Origin: Andalucia godoyi And28
Taxonomy: Eukaryota; Protista; Jakobida
Reading direction: 5' to 3'
Length of the DNA stretch: 64,000 nt
Assembly: GCA_009859145.1 (NCBI GenBank)
Contig: VRVR01000045.1
Location: 112,142 to 176,141 of the forward strand
Shown: one piece after another, positions 20,370 through 31,235 of the stretch
How positions within the stretch are numbered: the first letter of the stretch is position 1
Layout: each line of letters starts with the position of its first letter
The notes under the pieces: generated by a model
What the model saw: only the letters and a program-made list of their open reading frames with translations
Databases searched by the model: none
What the model was told of the DNA's origin: nothing
Program-made: the position numbers and the translations under genes

Positions 20370-23003
20370 ATGAGCGAGTACACGGCGGTCATTTCTCCCA
20401 GCGGCGCATATGTGGCGCTGCCAACTACGACGGCTGCGACGACGAGGAGGAGATACGGAGTGGTGTCGGTGCTCGGCGCGCAGTCGTCTGGGAAGTCTAC
20501 GCTTCTGAACCATCTGTTCGGCACAGTGTTCCCGGTAATGGACGCAACCCACGGCCGATCGCAGACGACGCGCGGTGTCTTTTCATCCCTCTACACGACT
20601 GCACTACGGCCGCTTAGCTGGACTGAGCAGGAAGAAGAGAAGGAGGAAGAAAAGGAGACGGCAGTGGTGGTGGTGCTGGACATGGAGGGAAACGACGGGG
20701 TGGAGCGCATCCGGTCGCATGAAGAAGACATTGAGCAGAAGCTCGCGCTCTTTGGCCTTGTGTTGTCCGACGTCCTTCTCTTGAACGTGTGGTTTCATGA
20801 CATTGGCCGGTTCTCTGCATCGGGATACGCTCTGTTGCAACGCGTCTTTTCGCTTCATCTGCAGCTCTTTTCTACCGCATCCGTGTACGCCCAGACGCAG
20901 ACTAAGAGCGATGACGACACCGTGGAAAAGCGAGTCATTCTTGTGTGTGTCCGAGATGTCGATGTGCATAGTCTCAGTGAGAAGGGGAGCGAAAGCCTTG
21001 CAATGCGCATCAAGAGCGATATTTTCGAGCTGTGGAGCGTCCTTCCAAAATCACAGTCCGTCATCCAGTATCTCGTATCGTCGTCTCATTCGGCCTCTCA
21101 GACCTCCATGGGGAGTGTGTTTGACATGCTGTACGAAGTGCGCGTGGTGGGGCTTCCGCATTATGAATTCCAACGCGATCGGTTCCTTTCGATGATGCCC
21201 TCCGTCCGGTCTATTGTCCTCGACTCGTTGTTTTCCGCTTCCTCACTGGTCTCGGCAAAAGCGTCCCACCGTGACAGCGACGGCAACAGCGACAACGACA
21301 ACGACAACGACAGCAGCAATATGAACGAGAGCACGCGGTTGGAAAAGGAAAAGAAGAAAAAGATTCCATGGACGGATCTGAACGAGTATGCGCAGAGTGT
21401 GTGGCAGCGCATCGAGGCGGCAAGGGACGAGGTGTGTGTACCCGCAGTTCGCTATGTGCATTCCCGCACGCGATGTGAGTCCATCGCGCGGGACTTGACC
21501 CACTCGTTTCTGCGTCATCTTCGCCCCGCAACAGCATCAGAGGCAACACCGGCTCCGGGTGTGGTGGCGGCTATGACGGTAGATGAAATGCAAAAGGCAG
21601 TCAAGGGTGTGATGACCGAGTACGCAGCAGACACAGAGTGGTACATCACGTCTGTAGTTGATGAAGTCCGCAAGACGATGCTGGAGCCTGCACTCTGGAA
21701 GTGCATCGTCGAGCAGTGTATTCATCCGGTGCTTATGCGCTTGCAAGCCGACATTGAGCAGGGTGTTGTGACGAGGCTGATGACGACTTCTTCGACAACG
21801 ATCACCGGGGTTGCAGCGATTGCTGCCTTTTATGAAAAGGAAGTGGTTGGTGCGATGCAGTTGTGGACGGAGCAGCTCGAGAATGCAGCGAACGAGTGGA
21901 TCTCCGCCTACCGACAGGCGATGCACTCCGTCGATCATAATGCAACAGAAAAGCAGGCAAAAAAGGAAGAAGAAGAGAAAGACGAAAAGGAAGACGAAAA
22001 GGAAATGGAAAACGAGGTGAGAGAGCGAGTTCTGGGGCTTAAAAAGGCCGTGAAGAAACGAGTGGTGGAGCATGTGGTGCGGGTCGGTGTGCGGGATGAG
22101 CTTGAAGAGCGGTTCCCGCTGGCGCTGATCGAGGATCCACAGAAGGATTTCTGGGCCCGCATTGATGCATTTGCCTGCGAAACACGCAGCGCTGCTCTTG
22201 CTGCGATTTCCAAAATTCGCGGCGAGAACTCTCGAGGTCAAGAGCAGGCTGATATGTGCGACGATGATGAGGGAGTGGCTCGCAAAGAAGAGATTGAGCA
22301 GATTGTCATGAGCAGACTCGAGATTCGTCTGCAGATGTTTATGACTCAGCGCATTGTCCCAATTTTGAAGCAAAAGTTTGACGCTCTCTTCTGGGCATCA
22401 TCTGCGCCCTCCCCCTCCCCCTCCTCGTCCAAGAAGCAAAAGAGCCCGAAAAGCACATCGAACCCCGGCAAGCGAGTGTTTGCAAGCCTCGCAGAAGTGC
22501 AGGAAGCGTTTGAAGGAGCGAATACCGAGCTTGATGCGATCCTTACCGCGATCTATCATCCCGACTCGGCGTCCTTGTCGCTCCTCCGCGAGCTGCCGTG
22601 TGTCGGTACCTCGGGCACGCGAGACGATCGCATGGTCCGAGAGGCGCTGCAAGTGTATGCGGAGCTTGAGCGGTCGGCTGCGCAGCATGTCCTTCAGATG
22701 CAGGAAATGGCCGCTGCGATGCAGAGCGCACATGCACAGACTGCCTCCTCCATCTTTGCTGTTCCGAGATGGCTCTGGATCGTCCTTTTGATTCTCGGAT
22801 GGAACGAGCTCACCGCGCTGCTTTCCTCGCCGTTCTACATGCTGCTTGCAGTCATCTTTGCAGTCACCACCGTCGTTGTCTATCTCGCGAGAAACGTCCC
22901 TGGCATCGACTCCGTCGCTCGATTCGCAGCGGCCCAAATCCTCGGCTCTCCCCAACCTAATCCAAACGCAGTGAAAAAACTTGCACTTGGCAAGAACGAC
23001 TGA
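20370..23003 (+). CDS. SEY1: SEY1/RHD3 ER-fusion dynamin-like GTPase, about 877 aa
   Basis: GAQSSGKSTLLNHLFGTVFPVMD, RSQTTRGVF, LDMEGNDG, helical stalk, C-terminal hairpin PRWLWIVLLILGWNE plus second TM. Confidence 0.95.
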   Translation: MSEYTAVISPSGAYVALPTTTAATTRRRYGVVSVLGAQSSGKSTLLNHLFGTVFPVMDATHGRSQTTRGVFSSLYTTALRPLSWTEQEEEKEEEKETAVVVVLDMEGNDGVERIRSHEEDIEQKLALFGLVLSDVLLLNVWFHDIGRFSASGYALLQRVFSLHLQLFSTASVYAQTQTKSDDDTVEKRVILVCVRDVDVHSLSEKGSESLAMRIKSDIFELWSVLPKSQSVIQYLVSSSHSASQTSMGSVFDMLYEVRVVGLPHYEFQRDRFLSMMPSVRSIVLDSLFSASSLVSAKASHRDSDGNSDNDNDNDSSNMNESTRLEKEKKKKIPWTDLNEYAQSVWQRIEAARDEVCVPAVRYVHSRTRCESIARDLTHSFLRHLRPATASEATPAPGVVAAMTVDEMQKAVKGVMTEYAADTEWYITSVVDEVRKTMLEPALWKCIVEQCIHPVLMRLQADIEQGVVTRLMTTSSTTITGVAAIAAFYEKEVVGAMQLWTEQLENAANEWISAYRQAMHSVDHNATEKQAKKEEEEKDEKEDEKEMENEVRERVLGLKKAVKKRVVEHVVRVGVRDELEERFPLALIEDPQKDFWARIDAFACETRSAALAAISKIRGENSRGQEQADMCDDDEGVARKEEIEQIVMSRLEIRLQMFMTQRIVPILKQKFDALFWASSAPSPSPSSSKKQKSPKSTSNPGKRVFASLAEVQEAFEGANTELDAILTAIYHPDSASLSLLRELPCVGTSGTRDDRMVREALQVYAELERSAAQHVLQMQEMAAAMQSAHAQTASSIFAVPRWLWIVLLILGWNELTALLSSPFYMLLAVIFAVTTVVVYLARNVPGIDSVARFAAAQILGSPQPNPNAVKKLALGKND

Positions 23004-23090
23004 GCTCAGTGCAACGGTCTCTTAGAGGGGAGTCGTCATAATGATCATGATCATAATACAAAACTTTACATGCGAGAATACTGTTAAAAA

Positions 23091-23122
<32 letters not shown>

Positions 23123-23205
23123 TGAAGAAGAAAGAAAGGGGACAACGGCGAGACACGCGCTTTCTGGCATCGGGCCATCGGTGGACGGGTGGGCACACTA
23201 CGGCA

Positions 23206-23667
23206 CTAGACCTTCTTGACATAGAGGGACTTTGTGAAGTCGTCGAGGTGGGACCATCGCTGGCGAATTTGCTGGATTTCGCGGTCTCGCTGGATCTGTC
23301 GGGGATTAGAAGCGGCGATTGCGGCGGAGCTTGCGGCGATTTCCGCTTGCGACGCAGGAGGCAGATAGGCGCGTCGGGACTCCGAAACGAGCCGGTCGGA
23401 CTCCACGAACCCATTCGGGGCGAATTGATGGCCCGGAAAGGAGCCCGTTTCCAACAGCGTCGGGCGCGCCGTCGGGGATTCCTGCAGGCGGCGCTGACCC
23501 GCTGCAGCAATCGTCGCTGCATACGTTGATTCCACCGACGACGAAGAAACAGGAAGCCTCACGTGATGCTCAGGTCGATACTGCGATGAAAACCGCTCTT
23601 CACTGAAATTCCCTACAAGCGTCGAGCTCGAATACGCATTCTTTCCCGACCGTCCCAAATCACTCAT
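23206..23667 (-). CDS. Small cilia-associated protein, CFAP68/CFAP107-like, 153 aa
   Basis: N-terminal YSSSTLVGNFSEERF resembles the YSxxTLxGNWxxER motif of ciliary microtubule inner proteins. Confidence 0.55.
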   Translation of the reverse strand: MSDLGRSGKNAYSSSTLVGNFSEERFSSQYRPEHHVRLPVSSSSVESTYAATIAAAGQRRLQESPTARPTLLETGSFPGHQFAPNGFVESDRLVSESRRAYLPPASQAEIAASSAAIAASNPRQIQRDREIQQIRQRWSHLDDFTKSLYVKKV

Positions 23668-23938
23668 TCGCTACTCGTCAACCGTCTTTTGCAGTTTCCT
23701 ATCCTATGCATTAAAAAAAAAACAAGAAGAAGAAGAAGAAGAAGAAAACACACTCAAAGACGCATTCAAAAAAATAATAAAAATAATTATAAATAAAAAA
23801 AATAAAAAACCAAGAGTGCCCAAAGGGTCGTTGGAATCAAACCGTAGCATCAAGCATCACTTCAACCGATGTCTTGTCTACTGGTTTCTCGTTTCCTTTC
23901 CCATTCCTTTTACGCACTCCATGCTTTGCTTTCCCCAG

Positions 23939-23975
<37 letters not shown>

Positions 23976-24122
23976 AACGCACGCGGACAACGACGACGAC
24001 GACACAGTAGAATCAAAAAGAAATCGGGGGGGTCTCGTCTCGGAATATATCCATCCATCCATCCATCCAACCATCCATCTTCACACAGCGAGCAGCCATT
24101 GTTCTACAGCAGGGGGCGAGGA

Positions 24123-24902
24123 ATGTCGACTGTAGGGACGCCAAGTTACCGATCGAGCGTGGTGGAATCCCGCTCGGTGTCGCGGAGTCCGCAATTGGTG
24201 CACCGGCCGGGTTTGGAGCCGAAACTGTCGAGTGGGCGCACGTCGCCGGTGTCTCCGATGCCACCTGCCATATCGGGAGATTCGCTTCGGTTTTCTCCGT
24301 GGGCGCGGCCGGTTCCTCAGGCCTCAGGTGGGCTGTTCCCGCCAGGATCTCCTGAAAACGGGACGTTGATGTACGCGACATCAAAGTCAGCAGCGTCAGC
24401 GACTCCGCACTCCCCAATCCAGTCCGACGGGTCACGAATCACACGCGTGACGCGGAATGTAGGGCCGTCTGAATTGGGAGTTTCCGACCTGTCAACCACA
24501 TCATTGCCGCCGCAACAGGTCGCTTGGTCCACGTCCCCCACCCCGTCGGCCATGTCCAACTTGTCGATGCTGCGGGATCCGTCGCAGGACACGTATGCCC
24601 ATTTGTCGGCCACTGCCCGATCGGTGCTGCAGGAATCCGAGGCCGAGCGGGATACGTATCGAGCACTGTGCGAGCTTCCAGGTTCTACCGAGTTCCAGGC
24701 TCTTGTCGCAAAAGCCTTTTCCGACCCCGCCCGGTCCGCCCAGGTCGCCGAAGAGTTCTACAAACAGCGGGAAATTGCCTATTTTAGAGACCTTGACGCC
24801 GCACGAGCTGCACAGCTCGACGATCTCAAGGCCGAAAAGGAACGCATGGCCACCGAGCTTGCCCAAATGGCATCCGCTGCCGATTCTGATTCCGGATTTT
24901 GA
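24123..24902 (+). CDS. Hypothetical protein, about 259 aa: Ser/Pro-rich N-terminus, coiled-coil C-terminus
   Basis: ORF from ATG 24123 flanked by AT-rich intergenic tracts. Confidence 0.65.
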   Translation: MSTVGTPSYRSSVVESRSVSRSPQLVHRPGLEPKLSSGRTSPVSPMPPAISGDSLRFSPWARPVPQASGGLFPPGSPENGTLMYATSKSAASATPHSPIQSDGSRITRVTRNVGPSELGVSDLSTTSLPPQQVAWSTSPTPSAMSNLSMLRDPSQDTYAHLSATARSVLQESEAERDTYRALCELPGSTEFQALVAKAFSDPARSAQVAEEFYKQREIAYFRDLDAARAAQLDDLKAEKERMATELAQMASAADSDSGF

Positions 24903-25049
24903 ATTTCTGATTTCCGAACTTCGTCCAAACTCGGTCAAACTCGTCCAAAAAAAGAAGTACATTCCCCCGCCTGCTGGATTGCAACGTATCCTATACATGG
25001 GTATTCATTTTCTGTATGATAAATATATACATAGAAATAATAATAATAA

Positions 25050-26800
25050 TTACAAACTCTTTGCATACGCGGATGCGAGCCCCAGAGCGTCCGACCTGTC
25101 CCTGAGAAACCCCGTGTCTCCGTCCGCGTACACGGTCATAACAACGAGTCTTTTCGCATCTTCTTCCTCTTCCTTCTCTCTATCTCCGTTCTTCCCTTCA
25201 TCTGCCTTTCTCGTGTTCTCATTTTCCAAAGACTGTTCTGGCTCTGCTTTTCTGGAATGCGTTTCGAACCCGGACGCGATCCTCGATGGCTCTTCTCGGG
25301 ATGCGCACGCAGGCCCGCGAGGTCATTCTCAGAAACAGATCTTCCTGATGTTCGACGCCGTCGCCGTCGGTGTGGGTGTGGATGTGCGGGAGCTTGGCTC
25401 TGGCGACGACCACTGCACCGATTCCGAGATAGACTGCAAGGACTGCTAGACAGACGCCCTGGGTCGCGGTCGGCGGCGGGAAAAACTGGGCGACGATGTA
25501 TCCTGTTCCCGTAACGATGCTTGCGACCGGCAGCCAGAGATGCTTTCGGCGGTTGTAGTTTCCGGGATGTTTGGTCATGATGAACCGGTAGATCGATGCA
25601 TTGGGCGCGAGGTAGATGAGCAGGAGACCAATGCTTGCGGACTCTGTCACGAGATTGAATGCGCCCCAGCAGCCGTCTGTCGTCATGACGAGTGCCGAGC
25701 CTTGCGACGTGGACGCAGAGGACACGTACAGCAGTCCGAGAACAATCGACAGACAGACATAGAAGGCCTCGAGCCAAAGAATCGCGCGCATAGGGACTCT
25801 TGCAGACTCGCCCTTTTTAAGCGGAGGGACTGTTTGGGGCAAAGTACCGAAGACCGAACATGCGGGCCTCGCCAAGCGACTGGAACATGGAAAAGTTGAA
25901 GGAGTGCTGGGCCAGCGCGAGCGTGAAGCTGGCTGTGATCCCGCCAACGTCGACGATGGCTGCGAACCACGCCCCCGACGAATTTGCGAGCATAGTAGTC
26001 CACAGGCGATGAGACGTTGATGAGATTGGTAGCATCTGGGGGACCGATGGTGCATGCAAAGGCATAGGCGCCAAGACAGAGGAAGATCTGGACCGAGTAG
26101 ACGGAGCCGACGACTGCACGCCCAATGACTTTTGCAGGATCCTGTGCGTTCTGGCCGAGTGCCGTGGCGGAGTCGAATCCCTGGAACAGCATCACCCCAA
26201 AAGACAAGCGACTGTGCGAACCGTGGAAATCCGTTTGGCGAGTCTCGTGAGTTAAACCACGGTGCGTATGGCGTGCCTTTTGCGATGAATGCGACGCAGG
26301 TGGCGAGCACCACGGTCATTGCGAATGAGAACAGCACCAGGCATGCCCATAGCGACTGGGTGACGCCGCGCAGTGCAAGAACGCATGTGATGATGCCGGC
26401 CAGCACCACGGTAACAGGCCACGGGAACGCAAACCCCGACGACCGTTCGAGGATGTCCGAGATCCAGCCGGCGACCTACAGCAGCGCCTGGACCGCAATC
26501 AGTGCATACGAGAACATCATGATCCATGCCGTGAACTGCCCTGCGCGGCGGCCCAGATCCAGACTCACGCATGCCTGGAGCGACCCGGACGTCTGCACGT
26601 AGCATGCAGACTCGGCGACAGCCTGCGCAAGCGACCCGCCAAACACACCGGAAGCCAGAACCGCATACACACACTGCACAGGCATCCACCATCATCACCG
26701 GGAGAATGAAGAAGATCACGGACGTCGGTGCAATGTTTGCTGCAGACAGCACTGTCGCAACACAGCCATTTTGCAAGCTTGCGCTGAATGTCCGTCGTCA
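25050..26800 (-). pseudogene. APC-superfamily amino acid permease, disrupted by 5-6 frameshifts and an in-frame TAG
   Basis: Fragments in successive frames: AANIAPTSVIFFILP; SLAQAVAESACYVQTSGSLQACVSLDLGRRAGQFTAW; FGVMLFQGFDSATALGQNAQDPAKVIGRAVVGSV; AWFAAIVDVGGITASF; VPMRAILW. TAG at 26476-26478. Confidence 0.8.
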
Positions 26801-27231
26801 GGTTGTGGCGGAAATGTCACACGTCTTGCGTAACGTGGCAGCGGGTCACGTGCATTGGCATCGCGTGGCAACAGAAAAAACCAACAATAACACATTAAAT
26901 AGTGTCCGGGAAATTAGCGTCTGAACAACTTGGTTAAGCGAACAAAATGCGGATTCTCATTTGGTTTGCTCGTTGTCGCCTTTGTAAGTAACGGAAAGCA
27001 GTACGTCATACGAGGGGAAGTATGTACTCTCTTACTTATTTTTTTTTTCTTTTTTTTCTTTTTAGATTGAAAAAGCCGGGGCACGGGGTGTGGTAAGCTA
27101 TACAGTAGTAGTCGTCGTAGTCGTGGTATGTAGTTCTGCGTAGCAGTATGCAGTTCGAAACAAGGGAACTGAGGGGGAGAACAGGACGAATGCAAGGGGA
27201 CGGGGGCGTGATACAAAGGTGCGGAACAGAA

Positions 27232-27558
27232 CTATCGCTTTCCTTCGAATGGAAAAGGCTTTAGTCTGGCCTTCTCTACGCATTCGTCGAGTGATTCTAT
27301 ATCATACACGACTCGAATGAGCAGCGAGCACGAAGGACACGTTGCGACTTCTTCGCCATCTCTCAAATCATCCTACACACCAATCAAGTCAAGTCGAGTC
27401 ACGTTAGAAAACAAAAACAAAAACAAAAACGAAGAGCGAAAAGAAAGACATACGAGTGCAATTTGGAAAAGATCACCACATGGACAAGGATAGTAGAAAC
27501 TGTCGTTTGCAGGATTGAAGTGCATGTCTTCAATTTCAATCTCGTCGTAATAACTCAT
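27232..27558 (-). CDS. DPH3: DPH3/KTI11 CSL zinc-ribbon protein, 81 aa; exons 27454-27558 and 27232-27372
   Basis: [10 protein letters not shown]...[11 protein letters not shown] | [23 protein letters not shown]; 81-nt intron GTATGT...CTAAC...TAG at 27373-27453. Confidence 0.95.
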
Positions 27559-27947
27559 TTCTCCAATGCTCTCGATCCAAACCTTCTTGTCTCTCGGCGT
27601 TTTTCCCGTCTCGTTTGACGTTGTCACTTGGCGTTGTCCTGAACTTTTCATCAACTGATTGTCCAGAATGACGCTTCGTCAGACTCGTCGTTTCGCGGAA
27701 TCCCGTCCAAAAAAAGAGTCCGGCAGAGCCTTCTTTTTTTGATGGAATTTCATGTCCGAGTTGATGCTTGATACTTGACTCCAGTCGGGAATTTTTCCAG
27801 ATGTGGTGCTGTCTTTTTGCTCATTCACCGTTGTCTGCCTATTTGTGTTACGAGACAGAGAAGTCGAAGGGGGAAAAAAGACAACGTGAAGAAGAAGAAG
27901 AAGAAAAAGATAACTTCAGACGGTGGAAGACAACGAACAAGGTGGCG

Positions 27948-28910
27948 ATGGGTGTGGTTTCGACAGTATATCTGAGTGTGTACAACGCGGTGCTGTCGTG
28001 CATATGGACGACGATTTTTGTGCGAGTGCTCGTGTCGATGGTTGTCGACCCATTGTCGATGCTGCTGCTGACGGTTGCGCAGGTTCTTGCGGTTCTTGAG
28101 CCAGTGCATGCGCTACTGGGGATCACGAGGACGTCGCTTGCAATGGCTGTGCTTCAGGTGCTTGGTCGCAACACGTGTCTGTTTTGCGCGGCAGTCCCGC
28201 TGTGGAACCATCTTCCTGCACTGCACTCTCTGACGGCGACGCACATCGACAGCCTCCTGCGGATCGGCAGCGGCGGCGAGTACAAAGAGCACGCGACGGC
28301 ATGGGCGGCGTGGTTTGTCCAGGAGTCGCTCGACTGTGGCTTCACGGCTGCTGTCTCTGCACGGTCGTTTGTGCCAGCTGCAGATGCTGTGTCGGCGTCC
28401 GTTGTTGCATTCTTGCAGTCCCGTGTTGCACCGCTTGTGTCGCTCGTGTTTGCAAATGCTGGATCGTCGTCCGCAAAGGCCGTTCCTGCAGACTGGATGC
28501 TTGGCGATTTCGCGCTGGGATCCGGCGTGCTCACTGTCCTTGTGCTCACGTGGTCGCTGATTGAGTGCGTGCGGTTTCCTCTGTACTTGGCGAACACGCT
28601 GCTCGGAGCATCATCGGCGGTCGTTCGGCTCCTGACGTTCTTCAGAACAATGCTTCCAGTCATTCTCTATCCAATCGGATTTGCGTCGGAAATCGCAGCC
28701 ATGCTCCTTTTCCACGTTGCGTTCGCCGGCAGATCCGCCGTAACGAGCCTCGTCGGAGTGTATCTGGCCCTTGCAGTCATCGGATTCCTCATGATATACT
28801 CCCACGCCCTCCTTGCGTCCGCAAAGTACCTTTCCGGATCTCGATCACCAAGAAACCACGCAGGCGTCTCCGCACGCAAGCCCACAGGAAAGAAACCCAA
28901 GAAGGAGTAG
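27948..28910 (+). CDS. HACD: Very-long-chain 3-hydroxyacyl-CoA dehydratase (PTPLA/PHS1), about 320 aa
   Basis: YLSVYN, QxxAVLEPVHALLG, QVLGRN, WSLIECVRFPLY, catalytic LYPIGFASE, C-terminal dilysine (KKPKKE). Confidence 0.9.
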   Translation: MGVVSTVYLSVYNAVLSCIWTTIFVRVLVSMVVDPLSMLLLTVAQVLAVLEPVHALLGITRTSLAMAVLQVLGRNTCLFCAAVPLWNHLPALHSLTATHIDSLLRIGSGGEYKEHATAWAAWFVQESLDCGFTAAVSARSFVPAADAVSASVVAFLQSRVAPLVSLVFANAGSSSAKAVPADWMLGDFALGSGVLTVLVLTWSLIECVRFPLYLANTLLGASSAVVRLLTFFRTMLPVILYPIGFASEIAAMLLFHVAFAGRSAVTSLVGVYLALAVIGFLMIYSHALLASAKYLSGSRSPRNHAGVSARKPTGKKPKKE

Positions 28911-29160
28911 TTGGTAACGGCAGGGAAAAGCAAGCAGTCGTAAAAAAATCAAAAAATCAATTAACAAAAAAATTCCATCTACAGTCAGCGTATCGCTTGT
29001 TGACAGCTGGGTAGTTTTCGCTCTTGTCTTTTGGCCCCAAATTGTTTCATTATGCAGTTGTGAATATTTCAATGCATATATACATATTTTTTAGCCATTC
29101 CTCTTCTCCTTGCTGTTCAAAAATCAGCATTTATTTTTAAACCGAAAAATCCCAAGAGAC

Positions 29161-30789
29161 ATGCGAGTAAAAGTGCTGTCTCGGGATCCGCAGATCACAA
29201 CACGAGACCGGGTGTGTGATCCGATGATCCAGCAGCATAATCTGGACCCTGCGCTGCACCCGCTTGAAAAGCCGCTGGAGTACGCGCGGGCGGTTGTTGC
29301 TGCTAAAAAGTCTCGTCTGTTTGCAAAGCCGTTTCTAGGTGCGCTCTCGGGGATTCCGTCGTCGTCTAACATTTTTTTGCCATCGAGCGACTCCGTTACA
29401 GGGAGCGTGGATGGTGATGGCGGTGGAGGGTCGTGGGCTCCGAGTGCGGGGCACTCTGACGGTGTTTGGTGCATGGCGAGACATCCGTCCCGCATTGGGC
29501 TTGTTGTGTCGGGAGCATGTGACGGGGAAATTCGACTGTGGGACCTGTCGCTTTCGTCGGGGACGAACGCAAAGACGCATGGATTCTGGATTGATTCTTG
29601 CCGGCTTGTAATTCCCAATGCGCATTCGGGATTTGTGCGCGGGCTTGCGTGGTCGCGTGCTGGATCGCAGATTGTGAGCTGTGGGTCCGACGGACGTGTG
29701 GGGCTGTGGCAAATCCACTCGGACTCGATTCAGATTCTTGCAGATTCGGTGGACTCGTCATCAATGCCCACGTTCACGGGTGGTCGCAAAGGCCTTGTTC
29801 GTGTGTGGTCGGGCGATCCGTCAGAGAAGAATACAAAGAAGAAGCAAGTGCGAAGCGAGGACCAGGGATTCTATGACTTGTCATACACGTCTGTCGACTA
29901 CTCGGCACTTGATGATCACCGGTTCTTGGCGGCTGCAACAACCGGGCTCGTGCTCTTCAACGTCACGAGGGCAGGTGCCGAACTTGTGTTTAGCTCGACT
30001 ATGAACCGCGGGTTTTCATCGGAAGGATTCACAAGCGTCAAGTTCCACAAGTCGGAGCCGTCGCTGTTTGCGGCGTGCACGACGGACCGCGGCATTCTGC
30101 TTGGCGATCTGCGTTCTCGAAGCATTGTGCGCAAGCTCGTCATGTCCCACAAGACCAACCGCATTGTTTTCAATCCTCAGAACCCGCTCGTGTTTGCTGC
30201 AGCAAACGAGGACTGCAACGCGTACTCCTTCGACATCCGCAAGCTCGACAGCGCGTCGTGCGTGTACATGGACCACGTCGGTCCTGTGTTGGATGTGGAC
30301 TACTCGCCGACCGGGCGAGAGCTGGTGACTGCATCCTACGATCGCACCATTCGCATCTATCCGGTGGATCACGGCCGCTCTCGAGATGTGTATCACACAA
30401 AGCGTATGCAGCGCGTGTTTTCCGTCGCATGGTCGCTGGATGCGCAGACCATTCTCACAGGGTCAGACGATGCGCAGATCCGACTATGGAAGGCCCGGTC
30501 GGATGCGATTGTCCATCGCAATGTCGACGGCGACAAGGAAAAGTCCGCAATTGAATACTCGCAGAAGCTGCTCAAGAGATGGGGCCACATGACCGAAGTC
30601 AAGCGCATTGTGCGCCATCGGCACGTCCCGAAGGCCGTCTTGTCCGCTCGGAGAAAGAGAAACATCATCGACGACGCAAAGAGCCGAAGAGAAGAAAACG
30701 CCAGAAAACACGCTGCAAAATCCAGATCCAAGGACGACTTGTCGCGCGTCGCTGAACGAAGAAAGCACATCGTCGCAATTGAAGAATAA
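29161..30789 (+). CDS. DCAF13: DCAF13/Sof1 U3 snoRNP WD40 protein, about 542 aa
   Basis: MRVKVLSR, NLDPALHP, FAKPFLGAL, HSDGV, DYSPTGRELVTASYDRTIRI, YHTKRMQRVF, SDDAQIRLWKA, IVRHRHVPK. Confidence 0.97.
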   Translation: MRVKVLSRDPQITTRDRVCDPMIQQHNLDPALHPLEKPLEYARAVVAAKKSRLFAKPFLGALSGIPSSSNIFLPSSDSVTGSVDGDGGGGSWAPSAGHSDGVWCMARHPSRIGLVVSGACDGEIRLWDLSLSSGTNAKTHGFWIDSCRLVIPNAHSGFVRGLAWSRAGSQIVSCGSDGRVGLWQIHSDSIQILADSVDSSSMPTFTGGRKGLVRVWSGDPSEKNTKKKQVRSEDQGFYDLSYTSVDYSALDDHRFLAAATTGLVLFNVTRAGAELVFSSTMNRGFSSEGFTSVKFHKSEPSLFAACTTDRGILLGDLRSRSIVRKLVMSHKTNRIVFNPQNPLVFAAANEDCNAYSFDIRKLDSASCVYMDHVGPVLDVDYSPTGRELVTASYDRTIRIYPVDHGRSRDVYHTKRMQRVFSVAWSLDAQTILTGSDDAQIRLWKARSDAIVHRNVDGDKEKSAIEYSQKLLKRWGHMTEVKRIVRHRHVPKAVLSARRKRNIIDDAKSRREENARKHAAKSRSKDDLSRVAERRKHIVAIEE

Positions 30790-31235
30790 ACAGCAAGGGA
30801 TTCCATCCACAACCAGCGCATCAGCTGTAGTCGTTCTTCCTCCTTCTACTAATCATTATTGGTCAATTCCTAGACTTGACTACGGTAGGGAAATCGTATT
30901 GTTTGATGTTTCAGCGTTGGAGCGCAAAGCAGTCAGCCGTCTCGACTTCTGCTGTCCTCAGTTTCTTTTGTTAAATTTTTGGTTTTATTAATATTTTTTT
31001 CATTTCGTTTTTCTCGATCGATGGTCATATATACATAGATACACGACATATAATTGGTTGTTCATATTGTTGTGCAATGGAGCTTTTGAGTGCACTCATC
31101 CAGGTATGCATCTTTTACCCTCCTCCTCCTTTGGTTTTCCTTGTTCCGTGACGACGACCCTCAATCACCATTGCTTACTTGATTGCTTGCTTGACGATGA
31201 CTGTTGTGATGATGATGATGATGGTGGTGATGGTG

